The position numbers were made by a program, and so were the translations under genes. A stretch of DNA of 64,000 nt, taken from contig NC_092670.1 in NCBI RefSeq assembly GCF_964355755.1, forward strand, positions 11,456,795 through 11,520,794, written 5' to 3'. Each line of letters begins with the position of its first letter. Within the stretch, counting starts at the first letter, position 1. Below the pieces are notes generated by a model, which saw nothing but the letters and a program-made list of their open reading frames with translations, was not told the origin of the DNA and ran no database searches. Shown here piece after piece: positions 1 to 13,702 of this stretch. This DNA comes from Antedon mediterranea. Lineage: Eukaryota; Animalia; Echinodermata.

Positions 1-1275
1 CGCTTTGAAAGAGACCGTGTTTTTAGCAATTTAAAATTTAAGTGGAAAACTTTGAATATTCTTTGCACTAGATACCAATCATGATAATTAACTAAATAAA
101 AGAAGGAATTCCACGTAATTTTTACAATAATGTATTACATTATACATTCATATTGAACAAAATGTATACCGAAAATTGGTAATCCAACAAATGGGAAATA
201 CTTACTAGATTGTAATTACACGATTAGGCAATATATTATTTTAAATGTGTGTTTGTGTACTTTTCACTATATCATCGTCATTCATATTAAGCGAGGGCGC
301 ACGCATGCTTCTAGCCTAAACAATATTCAAGTGTCAAACTTGTTTACGTAGCAAAATTAAAATAAAGGATAGGAGTATTATATATGATATGGGGTTTTCG
401 ACTTGCGACACGACCGAAAGTTAGGCCTACGTTAATATATGTATTCACTGTGGGGATGATAGGTCGTAACTTAACCTTAATCATATAAAAATACAGACGC
501 CTCTCAGGATACTGGACACAATAATTTATTCTCACTAGGCCTACAGATTCTCAAATGTTCTCATTAAGACATTTAATGTTAGCAGCAGCAAGTAACGATC
601 TATCACCCCCAACAACCATGCATTTTTTGCAACATTAACTACTCATTATATTGACTAAACTATAATGAAATGAGAACAGATATACCTACAACGCCTATTT
701 TAGACTAATAATTGTCGTGGGTTTTACAGATAGAGCAAATTCGATATTCAGATGCAATTGTTATTATAATGTAAACGTGTAAGTAGCAAGTTAATCGAAA
801 TATAAACACTTTTCTAATGGTTGTAGACGATAGAAAGTTTTTTAAATGAAACTTAGTTGATAAACACATTTTTATGTTTTTGTTATTGCTATAATATTGT
901 ATTGTGTTTTTTGTGCTGCCTTTTATATATTTGTATATCATGTAAATACAATTCTTTTAACATTTGCTGCTTTTTTATATTGTTTTATATGCTATAATAA
1001 AAATAAATAAATAAAAAATACAGAAAAGGAACAATGACGACGTTTCATGATAATAAAAATACAAAAGGCACATTCGACGCGTAATTCACGCTGACTAAGA
1101 AAGGAGCCATACAAAGGCAGCGGATTGTCTGAAAGAAGAAGATAAAACTCTTTTTATTTTATTCATTAGACACTTTTAAATTATACGATACTATGGCAAT
1201 ATAAATAACAATTTTACTGAAAAAATGAATATTTTATATAAATACAAGAAAATAGTCAATTTGTCATCAAATTTC

Positions 1276-4200
1276 ATGATGGCCAAGATGACAGCAGTAG
1301 ATCTAGTAATGTTGACTGCTTGTTTTGTTTGTCAAATTCAAGATGGACAAACATGTAAGTTTAAATATACGGGTCTTTATGAATTTGTTTTGTACCGTAT
1401 TTACTTAGACGGGCGGTATCGACGCAAAGTGCTGTATTGCGTAATCACAAGTGGGAACCGACAAGGCAATAGTGCTGCAAGCATCGTAGGTTTGATTTCA
1501 CGCAGGCGGGGGCAAACACAATGATTGGAAGGCCATTTTCTTACGTTGCGTAGATTTCGTTACGTTGCGTCGCTAGTGAGAACCAAGCTTAAAGCTTGGT
1601 TTCAACTAGAACGTAACGCAAGGACGTAAACGCAACGCAAGCGTTTTAACCAAAGCGAAGTTATAGAGAGTTAGCAATCACAAGCGAATAAGCTATCGCT
1701 TGTGATTGGTCAATTCACTTGCGTTGCATTACGTCCTTGTGTTGCGTCACTAGTGGGAACCACGCTTAAGTGGAAACCCGCGTAGCTTGTCTCACGGGAC
1801 GTAGAATCTTTTTTTACATACCGAGCGGAAACCATCCGTCCGCCCCGCGTTGTGTAAATGGTCATAAGGAACAACATAGATTCTATATTACCGTTACCGC
1901 TCTTCTGAGTAAGTTTGCATTAACAGTTGTTGCTTCATCAAATACGGTAACATAACAGGGGTGTAATGAAGTTAGATGTAACAGTATGTACGGTAGCTTT
2001 GTTAAAACATATGTCTGGGTTAGAGTGAGTTTTTCTAAAGTGCTATACATTTTAGTGAAATGGTAAAATTGTATTAGGCAATAGTTCAATTAGCATAACT
2101 AAACATAATATTTTAGTAAGGAATGAAGATTTGAATTTCCAAAAATAATAATTTAAATTATGATTGCATTGTATACTACCGTAGTATGTACTTTTTTAAA
2201 TAAAATATTTACTGAAAAGGAGAATATGAATGAGGACCTTGATGTTGGCATGGTCAATATCTCGTCTAGCTCAAACTCCATTTTATCGTTATGTTGGTAT
2301 AGTATTTTATAGATTCCTTCGTAATAATGATATAACTAGAATTCGTAACCATGTGTTAGAATCCACGCGTACAAAACTTAATACTTGTCTCACTTTAAAT
2401 CCTTCTCTCGAAATTCATCCGATGTATTTTGATCCTAATGTACCTTAGCATAAAAGGTTAGCTTTCTCACGTTAATGACGCATAACCTAAGCTTTGGTTC
2501 CCACTAGAACGTAACACAAGGACGTAAACGCAACGCAAGCGTTTTAACCAATAACAAGCGAAGTTATAGACAGTTAAGCTTGGTTCCCACTAGCGACGCA
2601 ACGCATCAACGTATCGGGGCAAAGTGCTGTATTGCGTCCTCGCAAGCGGGAACCGACGACGCATCATTGCTGTAAAAATCGCAGGTTTGATTTCACGCAG
2701 GTGGGGGCAAACACAATGATTGGAAGGGCATTTTCTTACGTTGCGTAGATTACGTTACGTTGAATCGCAAGTGAGTACCAAGCACAAGCGAATTAGTCCA
2801 GTCCCTAAGGGGAAATGATGTTACCATAGTGGATACAAGTGTGCCCTTTGGCATGTTGATAGAACATGATATGGAGATACCAAAACAAAGTTACTGGAAA
2901 TCTGATTTGACCTCTGTGACCTCTGACCTCAATTTTTATATTTCTATCTTAAACAGCCATATCTCCGCAACGGGTTTGACAATTGAAATGATATTGGTGT
3001 CAAATAGATCAGAGGGTACATATTTATATTCGCTCTAATAGAACTTTTTCCAAAAAAAACGACCGGAAATGTAATTTCTCAATGTTTTGACCTTTGACCT
3101 CGACTTACTATATCTCAATAACTACTGATCAAAATTTCTTGAAATTTGTTTCAAATTGTTAAGAGCATACATATTTATATATACTCTAATTAAACATGTT
3201 CTTCCAAATCCACAGGAAATGTCATTTACTGACCTTTGACCTTTAATGTTTAAATATGTCTGTATCTCTGTAACCAAATGTCATAAAAAGTTCAACTTGG
3301 TGTCAAAATGTTCAAAATGTAAACATTTATATTAGCTCTAATAGAAGATGTTATCATATTTTTACTGAAAATGCCAGTTTGAGGTATGACCAGGATATAC
3401 AGTAAAGCGTGCGTGTGTCATACTTATAATAATATACCTAAAATATAGATTTATGGACCAGAACTACATTCAATATCCTATTTAGCCTTTTACAATTTTC
3501 TTAAAACTTAATGTTTAATTTAATTTCAATATATAATTCCATCGCATGGTAGGCCTACACCGTAAGAGCAACACTTAATATCAACAAAAAATTAGATAAA
3601 CTTAAAAGTTAAATAACATTTAAAAAAAGAAAGAAAATCAGGATCTTAAAGAAAGAAAAGAAGAATTAACCAATGCGATTTGATACTCATAAAACATATG
3701 ACCTAATTATCAATTAATTGCTTGAAGTATGCTGAAAAAATAAAATGTTTGAAACAGTGAGGAAAAAGCGAAGAAAAGAAAAACATATTTTAAAATATTA
3801 GAAATCTGAAAAGGATCAAAGACAAATTAATTACAAAGCTGATTTCTTTTCAAGAACATACTGTAGTGGAATATAAAAGGAAAACAAACCAGTGAGCAGT
3901 CAAAATTACCATCTTGGCTTGATGAGGCAATAACACATCCAGCTCATAACACTATACAACAAAATCTTTGAAACCAGAAGAAATTAAGAGAAGCAATGAT
4001 AATTATACTTTAATCCACAAAAACATGACAAAACTGACATCAACCATTACCGACCAAACGAACATTATCACATGTACACAAATAATTTACAAAAGTAATC
4101 AAAAAACAAAATCAGAGACCGACTAGAAGTAAATAAACCAATAAGGCTTTATACAGTAGGACCATCTTATACAGTTTGTCAATCAACTAAAATAAAAAGG

Positions 4201-7200
4201 AAATGAATATCACCAAATCTTTGATTTAGAGATTATCAGAAAGCATTTGGCTCAATAAAACAGGCATTACCATATTAGAGGGAAATATTATACCTCAACA
4301 AATATTGATTACGATCGTTCAAAGAGAAGTTAAGAAAGATTAGTAAGACAAGGCAACACTTAAGATCTTCACTGCATTGGAAGAGGTGTTTAATCAAAGA
4401 GCTAATCTAAAAAATAGAGTAAATATCACTTTAAAGACAAAATAAACAGTTAATTTAAAGATGTATTGTCCCTTTGACTAATTCCAAAAAAATAAAAAAT
4501 AAAAGATTTCGAAAAAAGGTGGGTCATTTTGAAGCATCATAATAGTTATTAACTATCACCAAAAATTTTTCGAAAAAAAAAAATTTTTACTGAAATACAG
4601 ACGTTTTTTTGTTAAAAAAATAACTTTGACTTCCAGTCAAAGTTTTCAATCAAAACATATCCCATAATGAAACGCGCTTGTTTGGTTACTCTGTACGCAT
4701 AATCATAAAACTTCCTCATGATCTGTTTGAAAATACCTTCTTAACCGTGACGAGTTGTAAACAATCCTAATTTAGCATATGCATAATGCGTACTCATGGT
4801 TTGAAATCTTTGTTTACTTTCGCTCGTGACGATTTTCCAGATGAAATGTAATCAAACTAATTTACCTGTTAATTACGTAAACTTGTTGTTTTTGGCTCAA
4901 ATTTTCGACTCAAAGTGAATAACTTTAATATTACTTTGATATGGCCACTTTAAATTTAGAATATTTTGACCTTCATTTTTTTGTGTTTCAAGGGACAATA
5001 CATCTTTAACCAAAATCACATTGACTTCCAGCCTATTTTTTGCTTTGAATTACAGTTTTTTTTGGGTATGCACTATATCATTTTTTTTTCAATCCAATTT
5101 TTGGTGAAACTATTATGTGTGACATTAAAATTGCATATTCAACAAAAATATTTTTCAAAATTACTTTTGTCAGGGGGAAAATAAGTATATCTTTAATAGC
5201 ATGTGATATTATTAGCAAATATTTCAAATGTAGTTTTAAAACTTTCCCATTACAAACAATTGCCATAATTCTGATAACATTACAATACACCCATCCTCTG
5301 GAACTTATTTTCAAATGTAGCTAAAAACTTTCCAGTACAATTCCGGCCATTTTGATGTGTATAGATGCATGCAGTAGCATTGGAAAAGCGAGAGAGGGGG
5401 AGGTGGTTGGGGTGATAGAGAGACACATATTTTTTACACGTTTGTCTACACTATAACTTAGTTTAACAAAAAAGGTGTGGTGTGCCCAAATATGGTAGTG
5501 ATATGTCATTCATCGTGTCCATATATATGGGCACATCACATTTTTTTGTCGCATATAGTGTAGACAGAGTTTAACATTTGTGTAACATGTAACAAAAATA
5601 TGTGTCTCTCCATCCACCCCAACCCCCTCCCCTCTCTCGATCTCTTTTTATAGATTATTAATTGCTAAATATATGCAAAACGATGGGTCATAGCTCAAAA
5701 TGACATTTCCAATTGAATTCTGACAAAATATTTTGTTAGAGCAAATATAAATGTGTATATTCTAAACAATTTGACACCAAACTGAACGTTTTAGGACAAA
5801 TAGTTACCGAGATATTGACATATTCAAACATTAGAGGTCAAGGGTCAAAAAAGCTTAATTTATGGTAGTTTTTTGAAAAAAGTTTCTATTAGACTAAATA
5901 TTAGATTTATTTTCTTAACATTTTGAGCCCATTCTCAAATCTCTGAGATTGCGTGTTATTGAGATATTAGGCAATCAAGGTCAAAGGTCAAACTGAAAAA
6001 TAAAGCCTTTGCGGCCATTTTTGTACAATTTTTATCATTATAGCGAATATAAATATATATCTTCCAAGCATTTTGAAAAAAAAATAAATGTAAAATGTCC
6101 ATGCGTTGTCAAGATATGGCGATTTTTAGTTATATAATAGAAAAATATAAAAATTGAGGTCAGAGGTCACAGAGGTCAAATCAGATTTCCAGTAACTTTG
6201 TTTTGGCACCTCCACACTATACTCTACCAAACTGCTATACTGAAAAATTTGTATCCAGTCTGGTAACATCCCACCCCTTTTTCTCCCCTTAGGGACTGGA
6301 CTAAATAAGCCATCCCTTGTGATTGTTCAATTCACTTGCGTTGCGTTACGTCCTTGTGTTGCGTCGCTAGAGTGGGAAACTCGCTTATAGAAACTGGGCG
6401 GTGGTCTCGCACGCCACCAGATGAACGTCTTTGTAAATGTGGCGAAGTGCAGACCGCATTATATGAATGCCCATTAATACTGCACACATACGCCAAACTT
6501 CAATATATACATTGCCATAGCCTTGTTGTTTATTTTCTATTGAACCTTTATTACTGTCAACATTTGTTCTTAAGCGTGGTTCCCACTAGCGACGCAACGC
6601 AAGGACGTAACGCAACGCAAGTGAATTGACCAATCACAAGCGATGGCTTATTCGCTTGTAATTGCTAACTGTCTATAACCTCGCTTGTCATTGGTCAAAA
6701 CTCTTGCGTTGCATTTACGTCCTTGCGTTACGTTCTAGTGGGAACCAAGCTTATAAAGTGAAAATATTATTTAAGTTTGCTATTTTCATGCTTGTATCAC
6801 CTAGGTACTAATTTTGTGCCATGTTGGACACTGTTATCCCCAGTTGTATAGGCTAAGAATAATAATAATACTTAATAAGGAAGGAAAATTGTTTTTCACG
6901 CTGCTGCTCTAGCCCGCTACGTCACACGAGATGACTCATTCATTAGATGAAATCAAGCAGCTTTATAGTACTACACTTTGACATTTTTGTTAAAATGGAA
7001 ACTCCACTATAATTTATTGGTACCACCTGTTGAATCCAAAAACGGCTGAGAAAAGAGTCTAACGACAAATCCCAAAGCATTCTGGTATTTATGAGTCCCA
7101 TGATATAATTCGCTGTCAGATAATCATTGAATTATTATCAAAACAGTCCATTGAAGTTTTTGTTTGTAATAGGATACTTGAAGTATCTAGGCGTGATGAA

Positions 7201-10200
7201 GTGACCCCCAGACTTGACCTTAGCAATAACAATAAGCGAGCAGCGTTTTTTGTAAGAAATATTCTTGTTTAAAGTATTTAAACGTAAATTTGATGACATG
7301 AATCTTATGAATATCTGTTAATTTCAAATAGTTGTTTGAAGAGAGGGCCTAAAGTTGTTTTGAATTCTGAAAATGTTAATTATTACTTCTGAGTGTTTCA
7401 GTTGATTTTTTTTGTAATTGGGATAGAAATAGTAGGACACACAACATGGTCTGTATCTGATTACAGTATTAATTTATCTAAATCGGGTGATGGGTTATGT
7501 CAATTGGAAAACCTTAACCGAATCGGTTTAAAAAAAAATTCATCACATTTTTTTTTATCAAGGTTGTGGATCCATAATCCATACTTTTTTCTTTTTGAAG
7601 CATATTTGTCGTACAAAAAACCTGCTTATGCGTATTCTGTCAAATACGGCACTGATACCACAGGTGTTACTGATGGTAATGACTATGCATTATATGGAGA
7701 ATGGTGTTACCACTCAGGTAGGCTTCTTAATCGTTAACAAAATACCTTGAAGCAGCAAAACTAGAGCGAATATTCAAAGTTTTAGGTTGTATTTATAAAT
7801 ACATTTTATCATTGTATTTGTTCTTAGATGGCAAGAGTTCTAATGAATGGGTAAGAGTCGATCTGCAAAAGGAATATAACGTTACAAGTGTAACAGTAAT
7901 AAATCGAGCCAGCACCTACAGTAAGTAAAATGGAATTCTAATTTCATTTCTTTTTTATGCATTTATCTAGTTAAGATATCACATCGCAGATAGACAGAAA
8001 CGGATAACTTGTCTCGAATATAGGCCTTATAGTAGACGGAGTTCTGAGTTATCGTATCTCTAAAAGAAGAATACGAAAACAAAATTATTATTTTAGAACG
8101 ACAGATTTACAATATAATTCTTCTCGGAAATCCTTCTTCCTTATAATGAACCATCTCGTTAATTGTCTTTAGGAAGTGGTTATCTTCGTAATTCTTCCTT
8201 TCCGAGATCATAACCTCGGAATTCCGCCTTTCCAATATATTATTACCTCGGTAATTGAAATCTATGCATGGACATAAATCAAATACTGTAGGTTATTTTA
8301 ACGATTTGTTGCCTTAAATATGAAGATCGGTGTTCGAAACCCATCGATTCAATAGGTTTGGAAATATCAGTTAGGAAATAGGTCAGCTATCTTGAAATGC
8401 TATAACATTATTATAGCCTAATATAACATCATTATGTTCATAAATTTAAGGAAAACAATGAGGAACTTTTAATACATCTCTAATCTTTTCAAATATTTTT
8501 TTCGCCGAAGAATTTAGGCTTTTCAAAATATACTGACATTAAAACAATACATTTTTATTGTACTAAAGAACAAGCGACGGAAAGGCTTGCTAATACTGAC
8601 ATCCGAATTAGTTTTGAAACTGAAATTGGAAGTGGTCAAATGTGCGGCAACCTTGTTACTTACGCCCAAACTGAAACCAGTCCTATTATTGATTTTACCT
8701 GCTTGGAAGGAATTAGAGGAAGACACGTCATTCTCATGTTGCAAAATATGGTCAATTATATGAACTTTTGTGAAATCCGTGTATACAGTGAAGATTCACC
8801 CGATATAAGTAAGTGTTTTTAATTGATATATTTTCTCGTAGGCCAAATGTTACGTTGCACCGATATAAAAAGCCAAACAAATAAATTAGACGTAGCCTAC
8901 TTAAGAGTGGCTTACACGCTGTTTCAGGTGAATGTAGAGTCACCGAATCTGGTGAAGACTATCGAGGTATTGTGGCCATCACCAGGAACGGTCGAGTTTG
9001 TCAAGAATGGACGTCAAATACTCCACATCCTCATTCTGTTGTACAAGATCCAGATAAAGGAATTGGTGATCATAACCTGTGCAGGAACCCGGATGGCAAA
9101 GCAGGAGGACCGTGGTGTTATACCAACGATGCAGATACTGAATGGGAATATTGTGAAGTTGGTGAAGTTGAGGAGTACTGTTCAGTGGGTATGTGTATTT
9201 TAATCACAGGCATAGGCCTACGATATTGTATATCCAACAATCATCTATTTCATTTTTAATATACCTTACCATTTCTGTTTATTATTTTGTATTGTATTGC
9301 TATGGAGGAAAATAAATGTTTTTTTTAATTGAATTGAAAAAATACTGTAAATCATGATATCTCATTATCTCAAACAACCTTATTACCACATTACCCTTCT
9401 ATCCGTCCATGGTTATTTTAGCTGTTCACTCTTCTCCCTCCAACAGAACTAGGATTTTATTCGTTGCACTGTTGGCAATGAAGACGTCCCTCGTGCTCTT
9501 TTCTATAAATCCACTTTTCACCAGGTTCTGGATAGTTATCAGTGTGATTTCAACATTTGGTTTCCCACCTTAATCTCACAAGATTATCTGAGTGAACCCT
9601 TTTTTTTACTTCTTAAATTTACACAGTATATTTGATTTTGATGTTTCTTCATTCTTTTCACCAATATCCCGTCACAAATGTGATCTTCCTTTCAGATCAC
9701 CCTTTGCTTGAACTGTTCCAATGCACTCTTCCTTCTCTAGATTATATAAACTTGGGAGTGGTCTTCCTTCAAATTTAAAAGACTTCGCTCTTCTTGGCAA
9801 GTTTCGAGAATTTGCGACAAAGTCTTTTTTAACACTATTTAAAATAAATCTCGCAAAAAATACGTTTTTTATGCAACTATTATTGTAGCCCATGAACAAA
9901 AGTGAAGGGACTATGTTATATATCATTTTGGCTATAATTGATATATTGAATATTCATAGGTTATTATCTTTATTTTCATATCTACATTATGCTTCTCTTA
10001 CATCTTTTTTATTCAATTTTTATTTGCAATGTAGTTATTTATTTATATTGTAGATTTCTATCTAAATCGTAATTTTTTAATATTTCAAAATCATGTTTTA
10101 TTTGATTTTTAAGTACTTTTTCTTGTGCTCGGAATGTAATAAATCATTCATAAATTATTTGCATAGGAAATAAACATGACAAACGAGTATGTGTGAAGGC

Positions 10201-11504
10201 GAACTTTAGACATTGACAACAATGTTTGACCCTGTTTAATCTTTTCAGATGCTGTAAGCATTTTAAATCCCATTGGACTAGTTTACATGGATTTGGCAAA
10301 GTTGCTGTCGTCACGACAAGCCAGCAACATTTTATTTACATTTAATGTAAATGAGCTACCGACGTGTAACTTGAATAAAGATGCGATAATGTCTTTCGAA
10401 AAGAAATTATTTGACTTATCTTCACTCACGCTAGCATTTTACATACTACCTGGTGTTGATTCCTTGGGATCCATTTTAGAATTCGGTAATGCTGACAAGT
10501 ACCTAGTTCTTAAGCAAACTTGGTCGCAAGTTGACTGGTTGTATGAGAGTGAAGTGACTGTATCTTACAATGGATATGTACTGACAAGAGCTTACGTCTT
10601 ACAGCCAGACGTCTGGACATTTATCGCCCTTACCTTCAACGGAAAGAACAAAAATGTGAAGCTCTGGCGAGATGGAGAGATTGCAAGTATCGGATATACA
10701 ACATTTACACACCTTGAATTTGAGTATGATACAGTAGACCTTTTTGTTGGTACTGAAGAAGATCTTAACTCTACGATAGCTATGGTACAAGTATATGATC
10801 ACGTGCTGAACGAAGTTCAGATGAAAGCAGCAAGAGATATGAAATTTAACGGTATGAAAATCTCGGTTTATCTACTCAATTAAGCTTCGTTCCCACTATT
10901 GTACGAGCGTGAAACCATATTTTCTAACCCAAGTAAGTTAATTGACTATTCACAGCAACAATTCGATCCATCCGTCGCTGTTATACTTTGCGGATCATTA
11001 TATTGAGACCAAGTGGAACCAAGTCTTGGTCAGGTCTGCATGTTTTTTTTTCTTCTTCGGATCAAGATCAATTGACACAGTTTCCTGTGCAATCTTGGTT
11101 GTTCTACATATTTATCGCGTACCAACATATGACTGCAAAAATGCATATGTTCTTCATTTACGTTCTCCACAAATCTTGTCCGTTATTTAAAAAAATAAAA
11201 ATACTGATATTCCGGTAATGTTTTTTATTTTCTTGTACCTTTTTCAGAAAAAAAATTCACCAGACAACTTATTTCTGTACAAAATGAAGGACTTGAAGGT
11301 CACCAAATATCTGAACAAAACTGCAGGTCGCTGATACAATGCTCACAGATGTGTCTGAATAAGAATTTCTGCGAAGGGTTTAGATTTGAATCTTCTAGAT
11401 GTGTACTCCTCACCTGCCTTCGTGACGTGTCATCAAATACGCTTGCAATTAATATCGTTCACTACCAGGTGGTTCCTGTTAAATTTTCAGTTAATAACAA
11501 ATAA
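1276..11504 (+). CDS. Secreted mosaic protein: signal peptide + F-type lectin (fucolectin) domain + kringle + LamG/pentraxin-like + PAN/apple domain (7 exons)
   Basis: Exons with GT-AG sites, all phase 1: 1276-1354 (MMAKMTAVDLVMLTACFVCQIQDGQT), 7601-7717 (YLSYKKPAYAYS..VTDGN..WCYHS), 7828-7920 (NEWVRVDLQKEYNVTSVTVINR), 8569-8808 (ERLANTDIRI..C..FTC..GRHV..FCEIRVY), 8928-9188 (kringle: DYRG..CQEW..NLCRNPDGK..PWCYT..WEYC), 10249-10851 (WTFIALTFNG..VKLWRDG..VQVYDHVL), 11248-11504 (CRSLIQCSQMCLNKNFCEGF..C, stop TAA). Confidence 0.8.
1593..1766. mobile_element. MITE family A (PIF/Harbinger-like)
   Basis: TIR AGC(T/G)TGGTTCCCACTAG, flanked by TAA..TAA; a partial related copy lies at ~1415-1589. 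Confidence 0.7.
3900..4400 (+). pseudogene. Degraded RTE-like non-LTR reverse transcriptase remnant
   Basis: Frame-broken motifs resembling LIHK..KTDINHYRP, RDYQKAF and FTA-LEEVF. Confidence 0.4.
4459..5005. mobile_element. MITE family C (TTAA TSD, Kolobok-like)
   Basis: ttaa|AGATGTATTGTCCCTT ... AAGGGACAATACATCT|ttaa; fragments at ~11912-12005 and ~19836-20105. Confidence 0.65.
5441..5571. mobile_element. MITE family B
   Basis: TGTCTACACTAT ... ATAGTGTAGACAGAG inverted ends and the shared internal core. Confidence 0.6.
6380..6560 (+). mobile_element. 3' fragment of a CR1/L2-type LINE ORF2
   Basis: Translation LIETGRWSRTPPDERLCKCGEVQT..ECP matches the C-terminal Zn-knuckle region of LINE ORF2. 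Confidence 0.5.
6573..6751. mobile_element. MITE family A
   Basis: AGCGTGGTTCCCACTAG ... CTAGTGGGAACCAAGCT. Confidence 0.7.
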
Positions 11505-13257
11505 TAACCGTCAGATAAGGCTGTACTCCCCTCTTTTCCCGTTGGAAAAGAAGGCAGGAAACGGTACTTTAGCAGACCGTGACGGTTGTAGAAATGTGTT
11601 CAGACATTTCAGAAGGAGGAACTAATATAAACAGCACCTAAATGAAAATCTTCAAGAAGACCTTTTGATGATTGCTATTTGTGACCAAGTGATTTTTTTA
11701 ATAGTGCCGTATAACTGTAGTTCTTTTATTTTGTTGCTTTCTTTCTTTTCGTTACCAAAATACATTTTATTGAGAAGGATCTCAAAATGTTGTATAACAT
11801 ACCTAAGTAGATTCTTGTCATTTGATCAAAAGGATTGTGGGTAACACGATATTCAATAATAACTACTGTACTCCATTGAACTCTCACTTCTTGTGGGTAA
11901 CACGATCTTCAGTAAATAACGTTAATATTACTTTGATATGGCCAATTCAAATTTACAATATCTTGACTTTCATTTTTTTGTGTTTCAAGGGACAATACAT
12001 CTTTAGTATTGCAATAGTAGAGTCCATAGTAAATGTGATTGTTTTTTTAAACAATTTCATTATTAATAACTAACCAATCAATAAGTTAATCTAAGATTGA
12101 CTATTGATTGGTGTCTACTGGATGTGTTTAGACGGAGGCTAATGCCAAATCTCAAAAGCAAACAATCGCAACATTGTATCTACTGTAATTTACATGACGT
12201 TCATATTCCTTATTGATGTATTAAAACATGTTTCCATAGTAACGCAAATAAACAAATATATAAACAAACACTTTCTATCAAAGTTTGTGCTAATTAAACT
12301 TTCAGACAATCGATTAACAAACCTATTAAGTGAGCTAAAATATCGTTAGATCTTTAGAAGAAGGTGGCCCAATTATATATAAAAAAAGTAAGTAGCCTAA
12401 TGTAGAAGAAACTGAAAAAAGATATAAAGGTTTTCTATATTAATACTTTTCAATATATTTATTATAATATATAGTATTATTATCGCGCCATGACAACCTA
12501 AAATGATGAGATAAATGTTATTTTAACACGATGAACACGAAGATAACAGTAATATTTACAGTTTTCTCTATCTGTCGAATTCAACATGGAAGTACTTCCG
12601 TACTTTGTTTTATAAAACGCGGAGGAATGTAGTTTTAATCACATAATAGTAAAGCTATGTGACATTAAATCTTATGTAACATTGAAAAAAATCTAATAAA
12701 GAGGATTTTAACAGACTAATCAAACCCCTTGAAATTCCGTTACAATTAAGTGTCAAAATATAATATAATAATAGAGAAATAAGTATCATTACTGTATTAT
12801 ATTAATCTTGGATATCACTACTATACGACGAAACGCAAGAACCTACGCCTAACTCAATTACAATGACCAATCACAAAAAGCAACAAATCGAACTATCACC
12901 TTGTGATTGGTCAATGTATATATATGTTTGCGGTGCGTCCTAGTGGGAACTAAGCTTTAAGTTCTTGCATTGTGTCTTGGAGAAGGTCAACATCTTTTTT
13001 CTCTAGTAGTTTTTTTATTCCTGCTTTTTCGACCATCTTGCACTGATCTCGAAAGGAGAGGTCTACGGGCGGTTTCCAACAACACTGCTTTCGTTGTAAA
13101 ATGCAGCTTCTGCTCGTACAGGTTGGATGATTTCACCAGGTTACCATTGCCCATGGTAAATAAGTACAGTTAGTATGTATAGAATCTTAAATGTTTGAAA
13201 TAAATCAAAATAGATAATATTCCGATTATGATCTTTTTATTTCTTTTTCTTTTTCAG

Positions 13258-13433
13258 ATGTAAAATTTACCAGGCAACTTATGTTTGCACCCAACAACGG
13301 ACTTGATGAACAACAAATATCTGAACAAAACTGTAGGTCGTTGATACAATGCTCACAAATGTGTCTGAACAAGAATTTCTGCGAAGGATTTAGATTTGAA
13401 CACCAGATGTGTACTTTTCACCTGTCTTCGTGA
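13258..13433 (+). other. Duplicated PAN/apple terminal exon (alternative last exon or pseudo-exon)
   Basis: Close paralog of 11248-11470 with its own tttcag acceptor in the same phase; a 1-nt deletion after RFE shifts frame to TGA at 13431-13433. Confidence 0.65.
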
Positions 13434-13576
13434 CGTAACATCAAACGCTTACAAGTAATATCATTCACTACCAGAAGGTTGATGTTATGTTAGCAGTTGA
13501 TCAATGATCACAACTGTGAGAAGGCTACTGATTTGTCTTTTTATGTGGAACATCTCCTTTACTTTGTCCCATCTAA

Positions 13577-13702
13577 AGCTTTGTCTACGCTATCAAACTA
13601 TGTGACAAAAAAAGTGATAGAAATGATAACGTCATATCACTACCATATTTGGTCAAATCACACATTTTTGTCAGACTATAGTAGTTTGATGGTGTAGACA
13701 GT
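13577..13702. mobile_element. MITE family B (degenerate)
   Basis: agctttgtctacgctatcaaact ... agtttgatggtgtagacag. Confidence 0.55.

Larger units (their letters stand above)
2794..6303. mobile_element. Non-autonomous TIR DNA transposon, Academ-like
   Basis: 20-bp TIR TAGTCCAGTCCCTAAGGGGA / TCCCCTTAGGGACTGGACTA, 3-bp TSD AAT, long subterminal inverted match 2891-2945 vs 6139-6196; TAG termini with 3-bp TSD fit Academ. Confidence 0.65.
2490..6380. mobile_element. MITE family A copy split by nested insertions
   Basis: Left arm 2490-2576; a related MITE inserted at 2577-2783; host sequence resumes (cacaagcgaat|aagccatc) on both sides of a 3.5 kb insertion and ends ~6380. Confidence 0.6.

Noticed and set aside
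12970-13173. 67-aa ORF before the duplicated exon
   Set aside because: No recognisable domain or convincing splice sites.
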